A stretch of 60,070 nt of DNA, counting the filler, from Porpidia crustulata (lineage: Eukaryota), in assembly GCA_964255105.1 (NCBI GenBank). It is 6 parts of 6 records of this genome, joined end to end, with 100 filler letters (N's around TTAATTAATTAA, not from the genome) between each part and the next. Parts side by side here need not be neighbours in the genome. Positions count along the whole stretch, not along the records: positions 1 to 9,935 come from CAXUWE010000861.1; positions 10,036 to 19,969 come from CAXUWE010000862.1; 4 more parts are not named here. One strand, 5' to 3'. Position numbers and translations under genes: made by a program. The notes under the pieces were generated by a model, which was not told where the DNA came from, did no database searches, and saw nothing but the letters and a program-made list of their open reading frames with translations. Every line of letters begins with the position of its first letter. The stretch's first letter is position 1. Below are positions 1 through 12,382 of the stretch, piece after piece.

Positions 1-3000
1 GTGGAGGGTGTCGATGCGGCAGGATGACATGGTCAGCTTGCCTGAAGTTGGGGGGTAGAGGCCTAGGATCAGAGAGGCGATTGTTGATTTTCCCGAGCCT
101 GAGAACCCCACTAGCGCTGTGGTGGTGTTTGGCGAAATGGTGAGGGAGATGGAGGAGAGGATGGAAGCAGTTGGTCGTGAGGGATAGGTAAAGCTTAAGT
201 CGGTGAGCTGAATGGTGCCTGGATTGGAAAGTCGAATGTGGCCCGAGTGTTCATGCGAGGCTTTGTAGGGAAGATTGGCCAGACGAAGAAGACGTGTGGC
301 TGTATCGCGAGATGAACTGATCTGAGGTACTGAAAATGCTATTAGCAAGCTGTGTTACCCGGTCAGGGAGTTTGAAACTTACTGAAGGCTACTATAGCAT
401 TGGCATTTGCGAATGTGAAAAGGAGCATGGTAAATACAGTTAGGATACTTTCGGTCTTCGATCCCTTGGACACCAGAACGGCTCCGTAATAGAAAATCAA
501 CGCTGCAAAGATCTGAGTATAAAGTGATTTATTGAGGGGGCAAAGAAATGCTCACCAGTAACGAAGATGATGCAGGAATCCGATAAACCAAAAAAGAAGC
601 CAGAATACATTGATCGTTTTAGTCCGATGATCCTTGCCCTCTCTGTAGCGTGTGAGTATTTCTCGTGGAAATAATTTTCCAAAGTCAAGGCTCTGACCGT
701 CCTGATATTTCCAAACGTCTCCATGAAGATGGAGTTTGCAACTTCACCGGCGTCATTGCTACTCTTCTCCCACTTCCCACTGACGGCTTCGAAAGACCGA
801 GTGACTCCATACATAAACGGCCCTGAGGCAAGGCCAACCAGAGTAAGCTTCCACGACACGACAAGACTCCAGATGACCGCAATCACCACCATAGTAACGG
901 CCACAAACACGAAGCCCGCAAATCTGCCTAAAAGGTTTCTCATCTCTTCAGTGTTGCGATCTAGGCATTCCGTGAGCGTGGTCAGACGATTATTATCTCC
1001 GTCAAACCACGAGCGTGGCTGATCGAGTATGCATTTGATGGCCTTGATACGCAAAGTGTCGACCCAGGCTTGGCCGCAGTACTCGAGGAGATAGTGCATG
1101 CAGTATGAAGCTGAAGCATCCAAGAGTGCCACACCAAGCACTGACAAAGACCATTTGATTGACTCTTGCGAACGGTTTCTGCTGGAAAAGAAGGTGGCAA
1201 GAAGCTTTGAGAAAACCCATGAGAAAGCTGGCGTCGCTCCGGCATGGATGGCAGCACAGGCGAAGCCGCATACTAATATGATTCGTTTGCGCCATGTCAG
1301 AGCCGGCCACACAGTGGATAGAATTGTCTTTATAGATACGACAGTTGCGGTTTCCTCAACTCTAGCAATTTCAGAGATATTTTTGGGCACGGGTGGTTCG
1401 ATATTTCGTGGAGATCTTGGGGTTGGAGGATAGTTTGGCACGGTGCTTCCTGGCTGCTCGGTGCTTAGGTTGGGTGAGTAGCTGATTCCTAGCCCATGAT
1501 TTATTGCGCCCATCTCAATCATTTCAATCTCATTCGGTAGAGGCACTTTTGGAGTCGAATGGTAGGCCGCCCCGATTGGCTGAGGCGGAGATCGTTTTGA
1601 AGAAAGTGACATCGTATGAGCGGTAGACATACGGCTCAAAGGAAATATAGCTGGGGATAGTGGAGGTGATAAGACTGGTGAACGAAGCCCATGGGTCAAA
1701 TCTTCTAATCTTGGGGTGAGCACACTGAGGATGGTTTTTTTCTTGGGCCGAAATTGAATATCCATCGAGTCTCTTGACCTAATAGATGATGGCCGAGAGC
1801 TGGACTTCGAGGTCGGGGATTTGAACTGTTCCGCTTTCTCTGGTAGATTGGGAAGCTGCTTGTCCACCGGCCGCTTACCACGTCGATTGAACGGCCCAAG
1901 AGGCCCGCCTCCGAGATTTTTCAGAGTATGCCTATGCCCTTCTTGAATGACTGCTCCATTGTCCAGTACATAGGCGAAGTCAGCCTCTCGGATTTGTGAC
2001 ATATCATGGGTGATGATGATCGTTGTCTTTCGTTGGCGCCAAATTCTGATAGCATCCATCACACGCAGCTTACTCGTAGGATCGAGAGCACTTGTGGCCT
2101 CATCAAGGATCAGAATCGGAGTGTCGCGAAGACGAGCTCGAGCGATCGCGACTCTCTGCCTCTGGCCGCCACTCATTGCATTGCCACCACTGCCTACAAC
2201 GGTATCTAAGCTTTGCGGTAGATTTCGAATGGTATCTTGAAGCATTGCGAGCTCTATGGCCGTTCTGATATCTTCATTGTTGATTCTCTCAGGGTTCCTT
2301 ATGCCGAATGCAATATTCTTGAACACAGTTTCGTTGAATAGGACACTTTCTTGCTGAACCAGCGTGACATTATTTCGGAGCCAATTGATGTCCAGTGTCT
2401 GAATGGCGTTTCCATCGATCACGATTTCACCGGAGTCTGGATTATAGAATCGCATAAGTAGATTGCCTAGAGTACTCTTGCCGGAGCCACTTCTTCCTAT
2501 GACAAATGTTGTTTCTCCCACTGGAAAAAAGAAGCTTGTATTTTTGAGAGTAAGTTGATCTGGTCGAGAGGGATAGGTAAACGAGATCTACTGCAAGTCA
2601 GTTTTGAACTGCGGAAATTTTTTAGGGGCCTTACATTCCGCATCTCGATCTCTCCCTCACATGTCCTGGGTGTTATTCCACCAACTATCTTTATGACTTT
2701 CCGCCCTCTTTCTAGCTGAACCAAGGCCGCTTTGAGCGTGGCACCTGCTGCCTTCCCCTTCTCAAGTACAATCATCTGGGGCAGAATTTGTTCAACCGCT
2801 TGTGCTGCCATAAGACAAGCCCAGAATGCCGTTAGAATTTCACCAGGATTTTTCTTGCCGGCGTTGACCAAACGGCTGCCATACCAAAATCCTTGGACGA
2901 ACATACCTAGGGTGACAAACCGTATTAGCCCGATCTGTAGAGCATTTTGTTGAGCCTGTTTGAGATAATATCTAGCAGCTTTGTGGATAGCTTGAGCGTA

Positions 3001-3805
3001 CTGCCACACCTGAAAATCTTGACCATTGAATAATTTAACAGTATCAATTGCCGAGATAGAGTTGTTCGCTATCTTAGATGCTCGGGTAAGCTCCACTGCC
3101 TGAGCCTGGATGCTTGGTTGCATTTTGCCAGAGATCCAAGCTAGAGTCAGGGCTGATATTGGTGCTGTCGCAAGAGTTACCAATGTCAAGCTCCACGACG
3201 TGTAAAAAGCTACGCCCAAGGCTGCGACCGTCGTTACTGTATATTGTACAGCAAAGCCGAGGGGTTGGGACGTCGCCAGCTGGAGCTCTCGAACATGACT
3301 ACATATATTGATTAGCAACTCATCAAGAACAGTTGCGGGGCCAGACTTGCTTTTGCAACCGCGATATCAGAGTATCGATCCCAGCCTTCCTCATGTCGTA
3401 CCACTCCATTTCCTTCTCCAACATCCCTTCGAATAATCCGTCTCTCGCACTTTTCGCTTGAAGTTCTCCGAACAAAAGCCAAAACATGAAATAGCCAGCA
3501 TTCAGTATGCCGCTGGCGGAGCCCAGCCCCACTAGCGCAAGCCCATACATTGAGACCCGATGGAGGAGATCAGACCCGCTGATGGACCCTGCCCCAAAAC
3601 TTGTGAAGCAGTCAAAGATCTTTCCTAAAAAGATAGAGAGCGCGGGTATTATGACGCCCGATGCCACAGACAGGAAGATCGCAAGCAGAAGTGGAAAGCC
3701 GTGCGACCTTGTCGTGAAATTGAAGAGGGAAAGCCAGCCAGGGCGTTTGACAAGGTGGTCGCCATCAACCTGGTGTTCGCGGCGGCCTCTGACACCTTCA
3801 TCCAT
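1..3805 (-). CDS. STE6: Full-size ABCB transporter, STE6/HST6-like pheromone (a-factor type) exporter; 3' end runs off the window
   Basis: TMD-NBD-TMD-NBD layout. NBD1 has Walker A GRSGSGKST, signature MSGGQRQR and ILILDEATSALD; NBD2 Walker A GFSGSGKST lies near 85-110. Inferred introns: 3299-3350 (GC-AG), 2588-2634, 503-555, 330-382. Confidence 0.85.
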
Positions 3806-4476
3806 TGGGTTTCCTTATAAGGAAGAAATATTTTCTTTGGCTGATGGTGAATAAGGTCTGTGTATTGTGAACGGGCATGATCTGTTAGTTAATAGTGAAA
3901 GCTAGAATTGCAGAATTTGAGCATCAGTTGAGAATGGTGGTTTGCGACAGACAATGCATCGAATCGGCAAGTAGCGATGTATTCTTTAAGTAATATTTAT
4001 GAGCTGAATGCGTACCTGGCAGAGGGAATGCGTGGTAAGCTAATGTTCGTTGTGTAATAAATTTCCTTAGTATTGTTCTCCTGGGTGAAATCACCTAGCA
4101 ACGCGAGCATAAACAAAGCAATTGTAAGAAGCTTATGCGACATTCACAGCATCAACACAATAGTACGGAACGCTTGTGAGCACCTAGAGGTTGGCGTGAG
4201 TGAAGTGTGATGGCTATTCCAAAGGTTGAGGTGTCAAAATTTGGCACCGATTGCCTGTAGACTTGCATCTCTACACACCTTCGCCATAATGCAATTTCAG
4301 GATCCGTTGAGCGAATTCTGAGCCGAAAGTGCTCGTTTCATGAGCAGAAGGTGTTTGGTGGAAGGAAGGTCGGAGTGAGGAGCGACACGGGCAAAAGATT
4401 AAAGCCAAGTTGACGCCTTCAACAGTCTTACGCGCTGTTTCTGACTCCGAGATCATGACATCGTGATGTGCTAGAT

Positions 4477-5185
4477 TTATGTCTTGTTTTTATTGTGCTC
4501 TGGATGCTCCTTATCATATATCCAGTCATTCAAACCATCACGGTTCCTGACGGTGATTAGCTTCATGTAATCATTGACATGTCTGGATGAAGCATACCTT
4601 GCAATCTCAATAGCATAGAACTGCATACGCATAGCTAGTTCCGGGGTCAGCTCGGGTGCATGGGAATGGGTGTTGCTTAGCAGACCGAATATTGTTTCCT
4701 TTTCCCCATACTCGAATTTGGGGTTGGCTCTCAGCATAGTGCCAAAATTGTAGTCGTCGATCTTCTTCTCGTATGCCATCATGAAATTTCGCCACTTCTC
4801 CTTCCCAGTCTTGCTCTTCATCTCGTTCTCATCAATCGTTGCTTGGGGGTTGAAATCTGGGAATTCCGTCCTGAAATGTTCATATATTTCATCGTCCATC
4901 TTTGTCAGCCGTAAGCTCGAGCCCTTCATCTTCTCAAGGATAGCCCAGTAGGTGGCCATGTGCTGCACGGCTACATGTCCAGTATCAGCCCACTGGTTCT
5001 TAGATACACTTCAGTAATATCTAGCTCTTGGCTAGTACGTAGGCTACTAACCTTTGACGGCAAATTGCTTCTCCATCTGAGCGACCGTTAGCGAAAGGCA
5101 AGTCGATGGACTCTTATATACCTACGTCCTCGAAGTTGTCGGCTTGTTCTGCGTTCAGGCTTGCGCCAGGTGGTCCGGGCGACAT
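4477..5185 (-). CDS. PBDC1/DUF757 family protein (YPL225W-like), multi-exon
   Basis: Spliced reading gives MSPGPPGASLNAEQADNFED|MEKQFAVK..QHMATYWAILEK..LRLTKMDDEIYEHF..KEKWRNF..DYNFGTMLR..RMQFYAIEIAR|NRDGLNDWIY, which matches the family pattern. Confidence 0.85.
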
Positions 5186-5817
5186 ATTTGCTGGAAAGTG
5201 CTGGGCGTTGCTGGGTATGAAGTATGAATTATCACGGCTAAGTTGAGCTGCTACTGCCGATATCTATGTGGATTTCGTAGATCTCGAGGGTGTAGACCTC
5301 ACTACGTGGGTGCTCAATTATGATGAAATGATAATTATGGTTTATCCATTCTTTGAGTTGGTAGACGTAGAATCTAATTAGAGCTAGAAGTCACGTATGG
5401 TTACATGGTGTAAGAATTCTAATTTTTATCGAGTATGTCTAGAATCTAGCAGCTTTGGTGGCTACGAGCAAGCTCTAGGCTTGACTACGTCTATACGAGG
5501 AAGATTTCCCATGTCGCCTGGAGTATGGAATTCCTTCCACAGTCACCTCGTAAGCTCCCTTGAGGTTACCAGTCGTTTGAGAGCTGACTCCACTGACCCC
5601 AACGTGTGGCTCTGCCGCTTGCGTAGTTGATGTCATTCGTCTAGGACTTTACAGGCCGATTAACAGCGGCCCATGGAAGACGACGTGCGCTTGTTTTGAG
5701 GTGAAAATGGATTCATCATCCAGCAAGTTAGTGTGGGAAATAATCCATGAGCATTCTTGCTCGTACACGGATTCGAGCAACGCGAATGTCATGGTTCGAG
5801 GCCCCTGTGTGCCTGTT

Positions 5818-8044
5818 TCAACCCTTCTTTCGTCGTTTCGCAGGTCTCGACGACGGCGCTTCTTGCAAAGCAGTGCCGACGTCGACGGCTTCAAGTCCTC
5901 CAGTTTCCTCGAAGTCTGCATGTTGACTTCCAGGCGTTGTGGTACTAATTACGTCCGAAGGACTTGTATCATCGTCACCATCACTAAGTTCAGTAACCCC
6001 ATCGGAGAGCACGACTGATTCGTTCGCCTCCTCAGCGAAGCCATTGAATTGGTCATCTTCGTCCCCACTGTTCCCTGTGGATGTGCCATTTCTAGATTCT
6101 TTTGCTGATCTGGAGGTAGGATCTTCCGGCTTCCTTACCATTCCCATCTCTCCTAACACCCCTTTTCTCCCTTCGATACCTTTGCTTTCTTGCCCTTCCA
6201 CTATCGGGGGAGGAGTAAACCACGGTATCTTACCTCTGAGAAAGTCGTTCAGTACCATCTTAGCAACACCATTGACGTCTGCTTCGCCACCTTTGAGTAA
6301 TCTTCCGCCCTTCCTAGCGAGTACTTCCAAAAATTCAGTCGCATCTTTAAATCCTTTGATGTCGTAAGTCCGCTCGATATGATGAGGTTTAGTTTTCTTC
6401 AAAAGAGTAGCAATATATTGCTCTGGGTTTTCAATATTCTCTACTCGTACCACTCCTCTCAGAAGAATGTCCTCTTGCGAGTCATTATTATTGGGTGGCA
6501 CAACGCCAGGGCAATCGATCAAATAAATGCGTTTCATCAGGGTGATGTACTGCCAAATCTTGGTTTCACCAGGTATTGGTGCTACAGTACATACTCTCTT
6601 TTTGCGCAGAGTGTTTATAATGGATGATTTGCCTGTATTTGGGTAGCCGATAAAACCTACACTGATTTGCTTGCGATCAGAATGAAGTGAAGAAAATTGG
6701 CGGAGGAGCTGGATCAAAGAGCCCTTGCCAAACGAATTGGTGATCGAGGCATGAAAAGCAAGGGTTGGATAGTCTTTCGATAGCGCACGTACCCAGGAGG
6801 CCTGCGTCCGTGTTAGCAGAGCTCTGGATGACGAATATTTCCACGAGATCCGGGCGATATATGAAGCATTACTAAGAATGGATCCACCTATCTACTGCTA
6901 GCGCAGCAGGGGAAACGTTCAACTCAAAACGCAGCACACCCGAATCCTTTTCGACATGCTTCCCAAGACGGGAAGCAGCCTACCCAAGACCATGATGGAC
7001 AAGAGCGGCGGATGAGGGGTCAATCTACCAAAGTTGTAACAGACCAACTTCCATCGTAAGAAAGCAAAAAAATGCAGGAAGAAGTCTTGACTTAACAATG
7101 GAAACAAATTATTTGGGAGAATACGGAGAATTCAGTGGACTTACAGCAATCCCTGTTGGTACCAAATCGCACTTGTTCAATACAAAAATTAAATGTTTAT
7201 GTGGCGCTTCTTCCCGGATATACTTCTCGACGCTTCGGCACCGTGTCCCAAGAGGGTCACGAGCATCCAAGACGTGGATCACAACGTCCGAGGAATCTAT
7301 GACTTTATATAATTCATTCCAGATCCTTTTACTCTGACCCTTCGAGAAAATTGACTCCTTCGCTGTCGAAAGCACAGCTTCCTCGGGTACTGCTTCGCCG
7401 ATTTCTTCCTCGGATCCACTCGTACCACTGAGAAGCTTTGCCTTTTCAAGACGATCAACGTATGTATCGTGCATTTTTTCAGTCTCTCCAGCAAGGTCTT
7501 CCAGAGAGCCGACGCCAAGTTTGACCCGCTTTCTTTGCGCTTTAGGCCCAAAAGTATCGCCGAAAGGAGCTGATTGAACCTCAATCTTCGCTTGATGCTG
7601 CTTGATGCCGTTTTTATCCTGCCCATCTCGGACGAGGCTCATTGGTAACTTATTGGTCTTCAGTAGGACCTGGTACGGATCTGAAGCCTTCGCTGCCATA
7701 GCTTCTCGGAAGGAGCTCAGCGCATCTTGCGAGATCACGCGAGTATTCCCGAACCATTTTCGATTTGGCTCAACGCGGGCCTTGGGCACATCGCGGGTCT
7801 GAAACGCAGCTGCTTTTGTAACCTTTCCGTCTGCGTTCCTCTGCGCCCCACCCCCAGTAAACATGTTCAAAGTCTTAGCTTTCTTAGCCGACCTAGAATG
7901 CAGCAATTAGGTTGATTCACATCCGCACAATGAAGCTCGGAAATACCTGTAGAAATTTTCTCCCTTGGTTTTGACATTGTTCATGCCATCCCCCACTTTC
8001 CCCTGCCTCTCCTTCCTTGAGGCTTCCTTTTTGCCGGTCCCCAT
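5818..8044 (-). CDS. NOG2: Nucleolar GTPase Nog2 (60S subunit biogenesis)
   Basis: N-terminus [44 protein letters not shown]1 motif [13 protein letters not shown]. Introns ~7893-7946 and 6802-7144. Confidence 0.95.
6855..7103 (-). ncRNA. snR191: Intronic box H/ACA snoRNA, snR191/U19-like (LSU rRNA helix 69 pseudouridylation guide)
   Basis: Lies in the unusually long 343-nt NOG2 intron. Hairpin 1 pocket AGUCA (7092-7088) / GUUAC (7040-7036) pairs around GUAAC-U-A-UGACU. Hairpin 2 pocket GAGU (6925-6922) / UAGU (6874-6871) pairs around ACUA-U-G-ACUC. AUA box 14 nt after the second pocket. Yeast NOG2 is known to host snR191. Ends approximate. Confidence 0.85.
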
Positions 8045-8240
8045 ATTGAATGAAGATGGTCAAATTTCGGTCAAGAGGTGGTATGGCCTAGAATGTTGCT
8101 GTCCTTGCTGGGGTTCAAGTATTACGGACATGGAGGAATAATTCTGTCAATGTGGGACACTAGCGCGAAGTTTCTTTCGTGCAGGACCAAGCCCAACTCC
8201 ATCTGCACCAAATGCACCTTTATGTTTCGCTGTAACGACC

Positions 8241-9182
8241 ATGCCTCCAATCATAACTTCAAGGACGACCTGTTGCGTGCGGTCTATTTCACTCAGATGT
8301 CTGTATAGTACCATACCTGCTACAACTCAAGCGCAATCGTCACCTCTGTTTACTCCTCCGATAAAACAAATTCCTCCAGAGTCCCCTAAATACGTCGACG
8401 TCCCAAAATCCCTGCAACCTCAAGCCATCTACAAGCCCTTCGTCAAAGGCGTCCTCCCTGTCCCCCGCAAAATCTTTCGCCCTGGCGATCCCGACAAGAC
8501 ATCGCCCAAATACCTCGCCGCCGTAACCCCCGAGCCCTCTTCCTCGAGCAAAAAATCCATCCCAGACAAGGAACATGCAGGCTTTATATTATGGAAAGCA
8601 CAACAAGCTGCCGCTCGGAGAAGAAATCTCCGCGAGGGCTTGGTGGAGCTTCGAAAACGGAAGGAAAAGATCGACAAACGCCTCGAGGCTCGCAGCCGCT
8701 ACAGGATGGCCGAGCACGAACGCCTTGTCGCCGAGCCGGAGCGCGACGACGAACGCTTTACATCACCATCGATCCTTCACTCCACGCGCCCAGGCGGTCA
8801 TTCCAACGTCCCCGACCCTGACCGTACCTCGCGCCTCGCCTCCAAAAGAGCAAACGTCGCCGCTCAAGAAGCCGTAAAGCAAGAGGAACGCCGCAGTGCT
8901 GTGCACACGCTCTACATGAACGCAGGGAACTTTATTGTAACCGAGGATCACTTATATAGAACCGTGGATCAGGTCTTTGATGATAACAGTCAGTTCTCCA
9001 ACGATACTAGGCCCGGGTTGAATATTTGGAATACGGGATACCCCGAGACGGTGCAGGAGATGGTGAACCAGTCGAATCGGGTAAGTGGCGGCAAGGCGAT
9101 TCAATTAAACCAAGGGTTTGGGCCCGTAATGAAGGAAAGGATGAAGAAGATTTCAGAGGAGTTGACGGGGGGGAAGATGTGA
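8241..9182 (+). CDS. Probable mitochondrial protein, possibly small-subunit mitoribosomal protein mS26-like
   Basis: Intronless 313-aa ORF with an R/S/T-rich, acid-free presequence-like N-terminus, basic helical segment RRRNLREGLVELRKRK and C-terminus KISEELTGGKM. The ORF is solid; the mS26 assignment is from recollection only. Confidence 0.55.
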   Translation: MPPIITSRTTCCVRSISLRCLYSTIPATTQAQSSPLFTPPIKQIPPESPKYVDVPKSLQPQAIYKPFVKGVLPVPRKIFRPGDPDKTSPKYLAAVTPEPSSSSKKSIPDKEHAGFILWKAQQAAARRRNLREGLVELRKRKEKIDKRLEARSRYRMAEHERLVAEPERDDERFTSPSILHSTRPGGHSNVPDPDRTSRLASKRANVAAQEAVKQEERRSAVHTLYMNAGNFIVTEDHLYRTVDQVFDDNSQFSNDTRPGLNIWNTGYPETVQEMVNQSNRVSGGKAIQLNQGFGPVMKERMKKISEELTGGKM

Positions 9183-9371
9183 GCATTTTCTGGGCTGCTG
9201 CAGACTGCAGTGTAAAGTACAAGGGCTTCGAAAGCTATACACAATTGTAGCGACATACGAATCTTTGTACAAATAAGTCAGTGCACAGCTTTTCTGGAAT
9301 GGAGGCAAGTGTCACTACTTCCACTTGACCTTGTATATACGACCATCCAGCTATACATCCACTACCATGTA

Positions 9372-9935
9372 TCACCACCCCTCCTCCACCAACCTCACTC
9401 CCTCAAACCCCTTCCTCATAAACCCCTTCACCGCCGCTAAACCCTCCCTCAACACCTCCGTCTCACAAACAAACCCCATCCTCACAAACCCCTTGAAGTC
9501 CTTCCCATCCCCAAAACACCTGCTCCCGGGCACGAACATCACCCCCGTCTCCTGCAAAAGCTTAACGCACAAATCCACATCATCCACCTCCCGGCCCATG
9601 CGCGAGAACTTGACAAAACACGTCGTCCCCGCCACCGGCCTCGTCCACGCGCACGCCCACCGATGCGCCTCGACAAACGCCTCCACCAGCGCCAAGTTCG
9701 TCCGCGCGAGCCCGATGTTCCGCGCCAGCAGCGCGTGCACCACGCCGGGCCCGAGCGCGAACGCCGCGATCTGGTCGTCCAGCTGGCTGACGCTGATGGC
9801 GGTGTACTGGCGTGCCTGGGCGCAGGCGTCGATGATCGCGCGGGAGCGGGAGGCGATCCAGCCGACGCGGATGCCGGCGAGGGCGTAGGCTTTGGAGAGG
9901 GAGCCGGTGACGATGATGGTGGTGGGGGAGGGGAG
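9372..9935 (-). CDS. PLP-dependent aminotransferase class I/II, 3' part only (5' end lost at contig edge)
   Basis: Minus strand reads TIIVTGSLSKAYALAGIRVGWIA (PLP-lysine motif), then GVMFVPGSRCF..GFVRMGF. Confidence 0.85.
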   Translation of the reverse strand, partial: LPSPTTIIVTGSLSKAYALAGIRVGWIASRSRAIIDACAQARQYTAISVSQLDDQIAAFALGPGVVHALLARNIGLARTNLALVEAFVEAHRWACAWTRPVAGTTCFVKFSRMGREVDDVDLCVKLLQETGVMFVPGSRCFGDGKDFKGFVRMGFVCETEVLREGLAAVKGFMRKGFEGVRLVEEGW

Positions 9936-10035
9936 NNNNNNNNNNNNNNNNNNNNNNNNNNNNNNNNNNNNNNNNNNNNTTAATTAATTAANNNNNNNNN
10001 NNNNNNNNNNNNNNNNNNNNNNNNNNNNNNNNNNN
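9936..10035. other. Artificial contig-joining spacer
   Basis: N44-TTAATTAATTAA-N44, giving stops in all six frames. Confidence 0.98.
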
Positions 10036-10052
10036 CGCTCAACCTAGCCTCC

Positions 10053-12382
10053 CTATCGATTTCTCCTCCTCCTCTTCCCACTTCCCCCCACCTCCCCATC
10101 CACCTCCTCCGTCACCGTGTTCGCCGGGCTCGTGGCTTCGCTGCCGTCCGTCGTGTGCACCAGAGGGCTCTCTCCATTGCTCAGGCCGTCGAAATCGTGC
10201 AGAACCCCATCGGCACCGTCGAAGTTGAAATCGGGCACTTCGCCGCCGTCGTTGTTGCCGAAATCCAGGTCGGCGCCGTTCATGCTGTTTTCGTTGAAGT
10301 AGTCGTTGCTGTTGAAGATTTGGTCGAGATCGAGATAGTTGTCAGGGGCACCGTGCGCATCCGTGACGCCAGGGATGGAACCGCTGGGGCTTAACGGTGC
10401 AAGCAGACCGTGCAATTCGTTCACCCTTTCGCCCTGAGCTTGGATGGAGTTGCTGATCTGTTCAAGCGCTTGCTTTGTACTATTGTATTGCTCCAGGTCA
10501 GGCACGGCTGGCGGGCTAGGGAACGTCAATGCGTTATTGTTCCCGTTGCGGTTCGTGTTGGCGCTGCCGTTTGCCATGAGCTGGAGGACGTCGTTGCGCT
10601 GGTTGGGTGTCAGGGGTATTTTGCCGTCGGCGGTTTGGAGGTGGGAGAGTGCTTGAGGGAAATCCATTCGAACGCCCGGGAATTTGGTATTGTTCGCATT
10701 GGTAGAGTTGATCATGTTGATGATGTCGGCTTCAGGTATCTGGCCTGCTTGCTCGTTATCTGGTTGGAGCTGTGGGCTTTTAGATGCACGTTCGGATGGC
10801 GATTGGTCGAAAATCTCGGTGAATGCCGGCGATTGAGCGGTTTCTTTGCTGCGCCTGGGATATGCTGGGACTTGGCCTTGCATGGCAGAAACTCGAGGAA
10901 GCGGACGCTGTTGAGAACTACCAGCAGAGGCTACCGGCGACACTGTTGATGCCCTACCAGTCTGTCCCTTTGTATTCTGCGGTGGGGCGCCCTTAAGGAG
11001 TAGTGGCTGTTTTCTAAAAGGTCGTTGGACCTGAGTAGTAGTGGTATTAGTTTTATGATCACCGTAGTCTCCGTCTCCCACGTCTACCACATTCCCTTGG
11101 CCTTGGGTATCCTGCGGTATCGCACTGGAGAACATGTTCGCAAAATTCTGTCCTCCTTGACCCTCCAAACTTCGATTGTAAACCGTGGCAAGGAAGGTCA
11201 AGATTGCGTTGATTGAGCTTTCATGCCTGTCATGTAAGTTCTGGAAAGCGACGGCCTGGCTGTACAGCTGCTCATGATCACTTCGCACTCGAGCCAGTAG
11301 GCTCTTAATGTGTTCTTGATTTTGTCGAACTTCTTGGAGCTCTCGTTGCAGGCTCAGGAAGTCTTGTTGTGGCATTCCCATTGCTCCATCACTTATCATA
11401 AGAGGCTGGCGACCACTCCGCAAGTTCGATGCATTCTCTACCGGCGCGTGGTTTGGCGGCACCGAATTTTCCCTGTCAAACATCTCATCACCATCTTCAT
11501 CAAGATTTCCATCTTCCTGTTTGACACGTGTACCACCTTTGCCCGATCCTTTAGCTAGGGGATTCTTTGGTTTCTGGATCAGCCACAATAGATTTGGCCG
11601 ACCACGTTTGAAGTATGGATTCGAGTATTCGCTAGGGCTTTTGTTCTTCCTTTCACTCGCTCGCATGGAATTGTCCGATAATCCTACCTTCTTGTGAAAG
11701 CCGTACATATTTAGCTGCCGAACGAAGGAGGCGTAATTGTTGTGTTTGAATAGTTCCGGGATCAAGGTTTTCGCAAATTCGTCCTCATCGACAACGATGA
11801 AGGAGTCACCGTTATCCGACCATCGTATCAAGCTTGGGTCGCGAGGCTCGTCGAGGAAACTATAATCAGGGTGGGTTAATGCTAGTTTTACCATGGGATA
11901 TGGAAAACTTACCTAGTCAATTTCTGCACAAAAGGAGGAATCTGTTTTCGCTTTGCTTGCGTTTCTCTCTTCGCGATCATGGCCTTCTGCTCAAGATCGT
12001 CCCCGTTATTCATCCACGCATCCTCGTTTGCCTGATTCACATCCTCATCTGCGACCACTGGCCAGTTCTCATTCCCAACATTGCCATAAGGCACTCGCGG
12101 TACGAGTTGTTGGCCTACTGCCCTCCGCGCAAGTTGGTTTGATCCTGCAGTAGCCGCCGCGTTGGGCTGAATGCTTTCGGTGTAGAAATTTGAATCATAA
12201 TTGCCTGTAGGATCAGGGTAAACGGAAGTTGTGGTCGGTGGTGGCGGTTGCTGATTCCACGGAACATACTGCTCTTGCGTCGTAGGCATCACAACGCTAC
12301 GTTCAACACTCGATCGTTGCTGCTTCTGAAGCACTGGCGAAGCTCCAGGTGCTGCTCGCTTTCGGGGGCCTGCGAGCCTCAT
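10053..12382 (-). CDS. HSF1: Heat shock transcription factor
   Basis: HSF DNA-binding domain IPPFVQKL|SFL..LIRWSDNGDSFIV..LFKHNNYASFVRQLNMYGFHKK, followed by an HR-A/B coiled coil. Intron 11860-11912. Confidence 0.9.

Noticed and set aside
9325..9888. 187-aa plus-strand ORF
   Set aside because: Antisense shadow of the aminotransferase.
9980..9991. TTAATTAATTAA recurring every ~10 kb as a possible biological repeat
   Set aside because: It is always centred in identical N runs and is a synthetic all-frame-stop linker.
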